From Candidatus Omnitrophota bacterium (GTDB lineage Bacteria; Omnitrophota; Gorgyraeia; Zapsychrales; JANLHA01), in assembly GCA_023139575.1 (NCBI GenBank), contig JAGLNJ010000051.1, positions 5,926 through 69,925 of the forward strand: 64,000 nt of DNA, read 5' to 3'. Positions 18,101-26,148 of this stretch are shown here, piece by piece (position 1 is the first letter of the stretch; every line of letters begins with the position of its first letter). Made by a program: the position numbers and the translations under genes. The notes under the pieces were generated by a model. That model had not been told where the DNA came from. It did no database searches and saw nothing but the letters and a program-made list of their open reading frames with translations.

Positions 18101-18282
18101 CGCACCTTCACTTTCCGTGTACAGATAATTCGTGCCCAACTTAAGCAACTTAAAGTGGATTTTTATTGGGCAACTCTATTGCCGGCACGATCATGCCGAC
18201 ATCCGCATAACAAAAATCATTATGCAAGATTGAACCCCGTTAAAAACGGGAAGAAAGCCTTAATCAATTATGAAATAGCAAT

Positions 18283-18308
18283 AAAAAAGCCTCCAAGTGT
18301 TTTGGAGA
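18283..18308 (-). terminator. Rho-independent terminator downstream of the 629-aa hypothetical gene, upstream of the pilin array promoter region
   Basis: Stem GCCTCCAA-gtgtt-TTGGAG(ac) with a minus-strand T-tract (plus AAAAAA 18283-18288). Confidence 0.5.
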
Positions 18309-18526
18309 CTAGTGTGTTCTGTCTGTATTATCTTGTGTTATAGCTGTTTTAGAGTAAAAGTACCCTTGGTTGAACCGTATATAAAAAAGCCTCATGGCTT
18401 CTCCTTAGCTTAGTTACTTTATTTCACAAAACTTTACTTCGGGTGAATAAATTATAACATATATCTAAGATAACTGTCAAGGCGATACGCTCAAATAATC
18501 GTAGAAATAACAAAAATATATAAAAA

Positions 18527-20416
18527 TCATATAATGCCCAATAAAAGTTTTTTTCCTTCCAACATAATTTTTTGCTCACTAACCCTTCTTACCGCAAAAT
18601 TTAATTTTTCTATTTTCTCCCTTGGCAAGCTGTCTCTTTTAAACGCTATTTTTATGTAGTTTGCTGTTTCTTGGAAATGTCCCGGCAAAGCATAAAACCC
18701 GCTCAGCATTTCTTCCCTTGTCAATGCGGCGCATGAAAGAGGGAAGTACCTGTATTGGCAAAAAATATTTAATTGGTCCAGCAGGGTTTGCAGAATTTCA
18801 TTAAAATTATAAGAACTTGAAATAAAACGAGTTAAGTCATAATCTAAACTTATCTGTTGCTCATAGAAGGCTTTCTTTTCTTCAAATGCTTTTTTGATGG
18901 CCCCTTCTTCCCTTCCCGCATTCTGCAAATATCCCTTGAACCCTTCAGATGCGGCTGAGGCCTGTAATATAATGCCGAGAAGCGGATCCGCAAATGCTTG
19001 GCTATCATCAATATTATTAGTAATTACCGCCAGAAAAGGTTCTTTTTCAACATTTTTTGAAACAAAATAAACCTTTACCATCGTAGCACTGTCACTCATA
19101 ACAAAAGAGTTTAGATGGATCGAGCTTTCTCTATAATAATACTTCTCGTCTCCTTGAATTTCATGATAATGCTGTGACAGTTTGCAGGCCTTTAGTATCA
19201 TTTGAAACGAAGTCTGACCCGGCAACAAACCACAGACCAACGCCTTTTTTTTGCCAGGAATAAAAGGAAAAGAGGAAATTTCTTCATTTTTAAAATTGCG
19301 TAATACAATTTTGTCCAATCTGACTTTTGATGTTTTGTCTACCGCTTGGCACAAATGTCCAAAAATATCAATATTGCCATCATTGATAAAATCAATATTC
19401 CATGTTTGGACATTCTCAATAATTTCAGAATTGATCCGAGACACTGCCGAGTACAGTGAGGAGGCTAATCCTATCGAAGGCGGTTCTTTCCAAATTGACG
19501 TAAAAGACCCATCTAAATTAATTTGCTTTCCATCGCTTAAATAAACACTTATTATATTAACTTCCTTAAATAGTTGGGGCAACTCAATGGCAACCGCCAG
19601 CTTCAACTTGTTAAAATCGCATTCCTCTTTAATAGCCTCAATGGCAGACAAAGCAGCTTTGTTGTACAAAACATTATTTAATCTCCAAATTCCAGAAAAA
19701 GCACTTTGCTCAATATTTTGTGTATCCCTTAACCCAAACATTTCCAGAAATAATAAAATATCTGGATTGTTTAATCTGACGGATTTTGCCCACTCAAAAT
19801 TACTGGAAAACAATTGATTCAGCAGAGAGTTTTCTGTTAATTCATTAATTGCAGCCTTCAAAAAAACACTTCCCAAATTTGCCAAAGGAACAGATTTCTC
19901 TTCTTTTGTTTCCTGAATGGACATTAAGCCGGCTTTGTCCTTAGTAGCCTTTTCTCTAAGAGTTTCCTTTGGTAATTTTATTTTGGACATTCTAGACATT
20001 TCAGGTGGAGCCGTATCCTCCATAATAAGCGTCCGCTTCTCTTGCGGAAACAGTTCTTTAATTTTTGACTCCGGGATTTGAAATTTTTTGGAAGATTTTT
20101 TTGCTACCGACCTCCTCCCAACCGGGCTACTCAGACTGGAACTTTTGAAGATAGCGTTGATAGAGGATTTAGAAACTTTAATGTCAAAATTCTTTTGAAC
20201 AGTATCGACAAGCCTTCTGCAGCTTATATCAGGTTCTTTAGTTTTACAAGCTACAATAAAGACTACAACTTCTTTTTTTAATTTATGTATAACACCCATA
20301 GTTTTACAAAATGGACAATTGAACTTTCTAAGTATATCACAAAACAAGGCTTGGAAAAAGCGCCTTAGTTGATTTTTCATCTGCCTTAACTTTAATGTCC
20401 AGAAAAATATCAACAT
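18527..20416 (-). CDS. Hypothetical protein (629 aa), soluble, embedded in the tad locus; possible N-terminal HTH-like segment
   Basis: Long ORF with no recognisable catalytic motifs. The N-terminal region ...VACKTKEPDISCRRLVDTVQKNFDIKVSKSSINAIF looks HTH-like. It is bounded by its own terminator. Confidence 0.5.
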   Translation of the reverse strand: MLIFFWTLKLRQMKNQLRRFFQALFCDILRKFNCPFCKTMGVIHKLKKEVVVFIVACKTKEPDISCRRLVDTVQKNFDIKVSKSSINAIFKSSSLSSPVGRRSVAKKSSKKFQIPESKIKELFPQEKRTLIMEDTAPPEMSRMSKIKLPKETLREKATKDKAGLMSIQETKEEKSVPLANLGSVFLKAAINELTENSLLNQLFSSNFEWAKSVRLNNPDILLFLEMFGLRDTQNIEQSAFSGIWRLNNVLYNKAALSAIEAIKEECDFNKLKLAVAIELPQLFKEVNIISVYLSDGKQINLDGSFTSIWKEPPSIGLASSLYSAVSRINSEIIENVQTWNIDFINDGNIDIFGHLCQAVDKTSKVRLDKIVLRNFKNEEISSFPFIPGKKKALVCGLLPGQTSFQMILKACKLSQHYHEIQGDEKYYYRESSIHLNSFVMSDSATMVKVYFVSKNVEKEPFLAVITNNIDDSQAFADPLLGIILQASAASEGFKGYLQNAGREEGAIKKAFEEKKAFYEQQISLDYDLTRFISSSYNFNEILQTLLDQLNIFCQYRYFPLSCAALTREEMLSGFYALPGHFQETANYIKIAFKRDSLPREKIEKLNFAVRRVSEQKIMLEGKKLLLGII

Positions 20417-20476
20417 TTAAATATTTAATCTTTAAAAAAAGATGTATACTTTAAATAGTCACATAATTATCATTCC

Positions 20477-20734
20477 TTGGAAAAAGGATTCTTTATGCTT
20501 AAATGTCCCTATTGCTGCGAAGAACTAACATCCGAAGTTAATCGCTGCGTTCACTGCTCCCAATTTCTCATTGATGATATTATTCATTCAGATTTTCCCA
20601 GCCTGGACAAAAAGAAATGTGTTTTTTGCGGCAAAAAAATACTAAGTCGAGCTAAAATATGCAAGCACTGCCACAAATGGCTTGATGAATTAGATCAAGC
20701 GGTTCGTGATGTAGATCCTGATGATTTGGTTTGA
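20477..20734 (+). CDS. Small double zinc-ribbon protein (85 aa, four CxxC pairs)
   Basis: CPYCC...CVHC...CVFC...CKHC. It is the only plus-strand gene inside the minus-strand tad block. Confidence 0.45.
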   Translation: MEKGFFMLKCPYCCEELTSEVNRCVHCSQFLIDDIIHSDFPSLDKKKCVFCGKKILSRAKICKHCHKWLDELDQAVRDVDPDDLV

Positions 20735-20749
20735 TTCACTCCCGAAAGG

Positions 20750-21094
20750 CTATGCTTCTTTTATCAACTCATCCCCTATTTGAGTTTGCGTTTCATCAAT
20801 CGTCCCCTCTGGCAATTCAATACAATAATTTGCGCGAATAAAATAGGGACCCATCCTATAAGGTTTGATCCTTTTTACAAGACCGATAACTTTATTATTT
20901 TTGTCTACAAAAATAACATCGATTGTGAAACGCATAAAAAGCATGTGGATGGAGCGGCATTGTGTAATGATAAAGCCGTGCCCTTGCGGTAAATTGTCGC
21001 GCCCTAATAAACCAACAAGACGTGATAGCGCTGTATCCGCCAGCTCAGTTTGCTGAGAGATCGTGGTGTTTCGTGTTTTATTGATTATTTTCAC
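20750..21094 (-). CDS. DUF192 (COG1430) family protein
   Basis: LSRLVGLLGRDNLPQGHGFII..CRSIHMLFMRFTIDVIFVD...CIELPEGT matches the DUF192 pattern (GLMGR...GMLF...IHMFFMRFPIDVIF...ELPAG). Its start overlaps the ATPase stop by 4 nt. Confidence 0.65.
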   Translation of the reverse strand: MKIINKTRNTTISQQTELADTALSRLVGLLGRDNLPQGHGFIITQCRSIHMLFMRFTIDVIFVDKNNKVIGLVKRIKPYRMGPYFIRANYCIELPEGTIDETQTQIGDELIKEA

Positions 21095-23262
21095 AAGGCA
21101 GGAACTGTTTCCGTAAAGATTTTTTTCTCTAACGAAAGACCTATACGGTTAAAATCTTCCATGAACTTTGGGACATATCCTGTGGGTTTAAAGTCGCCGA
21201 GTATTTTCCCGTCTTCTGTTTTCCTTTTTTGGTCAAAGACAAAGACATCGCGCAAATCAAGCTGATGATCCTTTTCTATTCCGGCAACCTCGGTAATTCC
21301 TGTTATCTTACGAGTCCCGTCAGAGGTTCGGGCAACATGAACAATAATATCAATGGCTGAGGAAACCATTTCATTGATAGCCCGGATAGGCAATTCGATA
21401 CCGCTTAAGAGGATCATTGAACTCATACGAACCAAAACATCATGGCATGAATTCGCGTGCAGCGTCGTCATAGAGCCGTCATGACCCGTGTTCATAGCCT
21501 GAAGCATATCCAGGACCTCACGGCCGCGGCACTCCCCGATGATAATGCGGTCCGGGCGCATACGCAGCGAATTAATAAACAGATCTCGAATAGTGACCTC
21601 GCCGCGACCTTCAACGTTTGCCGGGCGGGATTCCAGTCGTCCCCAATGGGTTTTCTTTAACCGTAATTCAGCGGCGTCTTCTATCGATATAATTCTTTCA
21701 TTGTCAGGGATGAAATGAGAGAGAACATTTAAAAGCGTCGTTTTCCCGGCGCCGGTTCCTCCAGAAACGATAATATTTTTTCTTCCAACCACACAGGCCT
21801 CAAGAAAAGTAGCCATGTTTTTAGAAAAACTTTTGTACTTAAGCAGCAAGTCGGCCACGCTCAAGCGCTCAACACCAAATTTTCGAATGGTAATCATGGG
21901 GCCGGTCAAAGAAAGAGGGGGAATAATAGCGTTGAAGCGTGAGCCGTCCGGAAGACGAGCGTCGACCATCGGAACAGATTCGTCAATACGTCTACCGAGA
22001 GGAGCGATAATACGGTCAATAATCGCGCGCATCTGCTGATCAGAAACAAACTTCCTGTTAGTTAAAATAATCTTGCCGCCCTTTTCTATATACAGATCGT
22101 TTTTGCTGTTAACCATAATATCGGTAACCTCCGGATCCGCAAGAAACTCTTCCAAAGCCCCCAATCCTAAAGCCTCATCAACGATCTCCTTAACAATCCT
22201 CGCCCGCTCTTCATGCGAAGAAATCAGCGCCCCTTTTTCTTCCATAAGGAGGTTGCTGACAATTTTCTTGGCGGACTCTTTCAGCTCTAAGGCTTTTTGG
22301 GGATCCCCCAACATCTCCGGCGTCAAGTCTTCCACATGCAGGCGATCCACAAGCTTCTCGTGAATCTTCTTTTTAAGAGCGACAATCTCATCTTCCTCTT
22401 TCACAAAACCATCGCCACCGGCAGGCATGTTCTGTGATGATATGCCGAATTTCTGCCAGAATTCACCCGGCTTATCCATTCCTTCGGTCATGCGAACCTT
22501 AGCCACTTCCGCGCCCTGCACAAAAAGGTCTTCCTTTTTGAGGTCTGCGATCATTTGCTTAAAGGCTTCCGCTACCTTCGAACGAGGGCTGTCGATAACA
22601 CAGGGGACGCCTCGATTCAAAGCCATACCCACGGATCTTCCATCGGAAGGAATCCTCGCAAATATTTCGCAGCCTAATACATTGCGGACCTCCTGCCAGG
22701 CAACGCCTCCCCGGCTTTCCGATCGGTTTAAGACCAGCTTGATCATCTTAAAAGGGAAATGCAGGCTTTGCAGCACCTCTAGACACCATTTGATTTGATA
22801 TACAGCTAAAACATCAGGCGTGGCCACCAAAAATATCAAGTTGGAATGATCCAAAGCAGTCAAAAGGGTTTCGCTAAAAGCCTTCCCCGCGTCTATGATG
22901 ATATAATCATAGATCGTAGAGACCGTCTTGAAAAAAGGTTTGATGTTTTCTGCTGTAATATGACCGATCTGTTTAGAATGAATAACGGCCGGCAAAAAAT
23001 CCAGACCGCAGGAATGAGAAATGACAAATTTCTTAATAATGTCCGGACTGTCGGCCTTCTCTATTTCCGGCAAAAGATGAACCAGGGCGTGGCGGGGAAC
23101 AAGGCTTAACATTCTGGACATGTCTTGCCCTGCTTGAAAATCCAAATCAAGAAGCAACACCCTTTTACCCGACACGGCTAAAGAGGTTGCCAAGTTAACG
23201 GCGGCAAAAGTCTTTCCAACACCGCCCTTATTACTAAATATAGTTATGGTTCGAGCTTCCAT
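21091..23262 (-). CDS. Fusion protein: N-terminal ParA/MinD-type (TadZ/CpaE-like) ATPase domain + C-terminal CpaF/TadA secretion ATPase
   Basis: Residues 1-250 begin ITIFSNKGGVGKTFAAVNLATSLA (deviant Walker A KGGxGKT, MinD/ParA fold). Residues ~380-723 are CpaF-like: IVSGGTGAGKTTLLN (Walker A), GRLESRPANVEGRGEVTIRDLFINSLRMRPDRIIIGECRG, LQAMNTGHDGSMTTLHANS. Confidence 0.8.
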   Translation of the reverse strand: MEARTITIFSNKGGVGKTFAAVNLATSLAVSGKRVLLLDLDFQAGQDMSRMLSLVPRHALVHLLPEIEKADSPDIIKKFVISHSCGLDFLPAVIHSKQIGHITAENIKPFFKTVSTIYDYIIIDAGKAFSETLLTALDHSNLIFLVATPDVLAVYQIKWCLEVLQSLHFPFKMIKLVLNRSESRGGVAWQEVRNVLGCEIFARIPSDGRSVGMALNRGVPCVIDSPRSKVAEAFKQMIADLKKEDLFVQGAEVAKVRMTEGMDKPGEFWQKFGISSQNMPAGGDGFVKEEDEIVALKKKIHEKLVDRLHVEDLTPEMLGDPQKALELKESAKKIVSNLLMEEKGALISSHEERARIVKEIVDEALGLGALEEFLADPEVTDIMVNSKNDLYIEKGGKIILTNRKFVSDQQMRAIIDRIIAPLGRRIDESVPMVDARLPDGSRFNAIIPPLSLTGPMITIRKFGVERLSVADLLLKYKSFSKNMATFLEACVVGRKNIIVSGGTGAGKTTLLNVLSHFIPDNERIISIEDAAELRLKKTHWGRLESRPANVEGRGEVTIRDLFINSLRMRPDRIIIGECRGREVLDMLQAMNTGHDGSMTTLHANSCHDVLVRMSSMILLSGIELPIRAINEMVSSAIDIIVHVARTSDGTRKITGITEVAGIEKDHQLDLRDVFVFDQKRKTEDGKILGDFKPTGYVPKFMEDFNRIGLSLEKKIFTETVPAL

Positions 23263-23389
23263 AAAATTATATTTTACATGCTTTACAAAAAAAATCCAGT
23301 TAAATTTATTTTAAAAAAGCGATTGCTTCCAATTCGTGCGTATAAAACGGGAGAAAATCATGAACGTTTCAGAAAAATGAGGTCAAAAA

Positions 23390-25270
23390 CTATATCTTCT
23401 TGATTGTTTCAATCGTCGGAGAACATTCTAAACCCAGCTCATCTAAAATGGCTTCTTGACTATAGACAATGGGAATCGTAACAACCAGTTCTTCCAGCTC
23501 TACTTCCGAAGGAAAAGGATCAAAAGGCGCCAAAATCTGCGCAGTATTTATAGCGTCTTTATCAAAAATATCATACCCGGAAGATTCTTTTATTGTCGCG
23601 TCCATTAAGGATCCATCACTCAATATGGTTAAAGAAAGCTTAACTGTTCCTTGCCATCCTTCTTCTTTAGCCTTATATGGAAATGATATCGTTCGCGAAA
23701 TATTTTGTTGTATCGTCTGTACATACTCTGTGATAGCTTTAGAAATGTTTTCATCATCAATGATTTCTTCCGCTAAAGCTGTTTCTTCGTCGGTAACAAC
23801 GTCTATGGCTTCTTCACCCATTGTTTCGGGCTCTTTACCTTCTTCAGCGGCGGCTGTCTTATCCATTCTCTCTTCCAAAAAGGACGCTATCTCCTCTTCG
23901 TATTCATCAACAGCGGGTTCCTCAATGACGATCTCACCTTCTTCCAGTTTTTCGACGTCTTCTGATAAATCTGCCAACTCTTCCTCTAGTTCATATAACA
24001 TCCCGTCATCTTCTACAGCTTTTTCTTCCGACGGCAAAGACATCTGCCGAAAAATACGCGGAGTCAATGTAATAACAACTTCTTGCTCTTGATTTGCCGT
24101 AGGTGTTATCTTAGATCTGAACAGCGCTCCGACAATTGGTATGGCGCTGATAAAGGGAACTCGTTTAACCTCTTCGCTTTCATTGTGCTTAATCAATCCG
24201 GCAATAACAACCGTCTGCCCGTCATTCAACAGCAGTCGGGTATCGGCAGATCGTGTCGTGAAGGCAACATCATCGCCTACAGCATTAGCATTATCAATAT
24301 CCCTGATGGCAACAGACAAAAGGATATCGATTTTTCCATTTTTCACTTCCGGCGTTACCGTCAAATCAATGCCGTACTCCTTAAAAGTCACATTTTCTTG
24401 AACGCTACCAGCCACATTACCCGTAGTCGTCGTTCGAATCGGAATTTCCCCGCCGACTAAGAAAGAAGCGTCTTCACCATCGACCACAACAATGCTGGGC
24501 TTGGACAAAATTCGCCCTTTCCCTTCCTTAATAAGGGCTTTTACGGTAGCCTGTATTATTGAAGTACGATTAATGTCGCCGATTTTGAACAAATTTTCTA
24601 CATTGTTTCCATCAAACTCCGGCAAGGTCTCTTGATAAACAAGATTTAGAGAATCCGCACTATCTGTTGCCCAATCGAATCCTAATTCTTTCGTAAGCGT
24701 TGTGTTCAACTCAGAAATCTGTACGTCAATCTGAATAAGGTCGCCTTCTACTCTAACCATATCAATGACTTGCTCACCAAAATCGTCAAGGATGAGCTCC
24801 AGCATTTCCTGCTCGCTTTTAATAACAGTCCCTGTAGCTACGACCTTTCCTTCATATGGGTTTGGCGCCAATTTAACGTCCTTGATTTCAGCCGCATCCA
24901 GCAGGCTCTGTAAACGGGAAACAATTGACCCCATGTCTTCTTCGAAAACGCGAGCAATTATAGTTCTTTTCCCGTATTCATCCCAGATGAAAATCGGCGT
25001 CTCCCCAATAGCCTGACCGACAAGAAGCACTTCATTGACATCCGCATTAGCGATATCTACAATGCCCGGTTGGCTGATGGCAATCCTTGTAAGAGAATAC
25101 ACTTTTAAAGTGACCAGATCCCCTTGATAAAGGAAGACATCTCTTTTTTCCAAAGTATCAATAACGTCTTGCGTTTGGGCATGAGCGTTAAACGGAAACA
25201 CTGCCACTGTCATAACAATAAAAACGATTTGTAAAAATTTTTTGCTTTTTGTTTTTTTTGTGATCATCAT
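23390..25270 (-). CDS. cpaC: CpaC/RcpA-type secretin with a polyacidic linker and a C-terminal TonB_C-like domain
   Basis: Signal peptide. Secretin core GRILSKPSIVVVDGEDASFLVGGEIPI...VPFISAIPIVGALFRS. Then a ~90-aa Glu-rich linker (EEELADLSEDVEKLEEGEIVIEEPAVDEYEEE...). Then ISFPYKAKEEGWQGTVKLSLTILSDGSLMDATIKESSGYDIFDKDAINTAQILAPFDPFP, matching the TonB C-terminal pattern (YP..A...G.eG.V.v.f.I..DG.v.d..v..SSG...lD.aAl.A....F.P). Confidence 0.8.
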   Translation of the reverse strand: MMITKKTKSKKFLQIVFIVMTVAVFPFNAHAQTQDVIDTLEKRDVFLYQGDLVTLKVYSLTRIAISQPGIVDIANADVNEVLLVGQAIGETPIFIWDEYGKRTIIARVFEEDMGSIVSRLQSLLDAAEIKDVKLAPNPYEGKVVATGTVIKSEQEMLELILDDFGEQVIDMVRVEGDLIQIDVQISELNTTLTKELGFDWATDSADSLNLVYQETLPEFDGNNVENLFKIGDINRTSIIQATVKALIKEGKGRILSKPSIVVVDGEDASFLVGGEIPIRTTTTGNVAGSVQENVTFKEYGIDLTVTPEVKNGKIDILLSVAIRDIDNANAVGDDVAFTTRSADTRLLLNDGQTVVIAGLIKHNESEEVKRVPFISAIPIVGALFRSKITPTANQEQEVVITLTPRIFRQMSLPSEEKAVEDDGMLYELEEELADLSEDVEKLEEGEIVIEEPAVDEYEEEIASFLEERMDKTAAAEEGKEPETMGEEAIDVVTDEETALAEEIIDDENISKAITEYVQTIQQNISRTISFPYKAKEEGWQGTVKLSLTILSDGSLMDATIKESSGYDIFDKDAINTAQILAPFDPFPSEVELEELVVTIPIVYSQEAILDELGLECSPTIETIKKI

Positions 25271-25346
25271 ATTTACTCCCTAAACTTCCAGTTAACCTCA
25301 TAAAAAGTGAATAACCATAGCATACCTTATTCTTAACCGTTAACCT

Positions 25347-26144
25347 CTAATTTCTAACGCCACCTCTATAAATATCAATAAAAGTGGTTGGAGCGTCTCC
25401 GCCTGTTGTAACCGCCTCTAAAGGCATTTGAGTGTGTGGAACCAATAATTCCGTTCCTTGTTTTTCAAAAACATATTCTGATAAAGCTCCCCAAGAGGCT
25501 GCCTGCATAATTTCTGTTTCTGTTTCAGCAGGGGCTCTTAAAATCAATTGCATTTTTCCGTTTTTTTCAATAAATGACATAAGGCTGGCTTCTTCCGGCG
25601 TCAAGGCAAAGGTTATATTTAATGACCTGGCTTCTTGTTGCTTTTCATATCCTCCCGGAGCCTGCAAATTTGTCCCCACCGCTAAAATCTGGGCATTTTG
25701 GAAGACCATTGAAGTAATCGTGTTTTTGCCTGTCTTGTGTTGAATCGGTATTTCCATATGCGCCAAAACATCAACATAATCTCCAGGATTGATAAGGCCT
25801 CCGACCGCCGATAGAGAGTCTATCATAACCGTATACGCTCTCTTACCCGCAGGAGTACGTAAAGCCAATGAAGATTTTGGCACTGAGGGCGTCTGGGATT
25901 GAGAATCTTGCCCGGAACCAGCTATCACAACCTGACGGCTAGCTAATTGTTTGATTTCTTTACGCAAGGTTTCTAAGTCTCGCTGTAAAGGTTTGATCTG
26001 TTTGGTTTCATATTCTTGAGAAAGCTTGGCTGTTGCCTTTTTGATATTTCCTTCAATATGATTCCCTGTAAGAATAGCCGCAACCGCACCTAGCCCCACC
26101 GCACATGCAATAATAGCAAACTGTCTTTTGGCTTCTAAATTCAT
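25347..26144 (-). CDS. cpaB: Flp pilus assembly protein CpaB/RcpC (SAF domain)
   Basis: N-terminal TM anchor. YTVMIDSLSAVGGLINPGDYVDVLAHMEIP...FQNAQILAVG is typical of CpaB. It lies immediately upstream of the secretin. Confidence 0.75.
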   Translation of the reverse strand: MNLEAKRQFAIIACAVGLGAVAAILTGNHIEGNIKKATAKLSQEYETKQIKPLQRDLETLRKEIKQLASRQVVIAGSGQDSQSQTPSVPKSSLALRTPAGKRAYTVMIDSLSAVGGLINPGDYVDVLAHMEIPIQHKTGKNTITSMVFQNAQILAVGTNLQAPGGYEKQQEARSLNITFALTPEEASLMSFIEKNGKMQLILRAPAETETEIMQAASWGALSEYVFEKQGTELLVPHTQMPLEAVTTGGDAPTTFIDIYRGGVRN

Positions 26145-26148
26145 ATAC

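Noticed and set aside
23469-24460. Ser-rich 207-aa and other plus-strand ORFs antisense to the secretin gene
   Set aside because: They are antisense frames of a well-supported secretin CDS with a strongly biased Ser-rich composition. Not credible genes.
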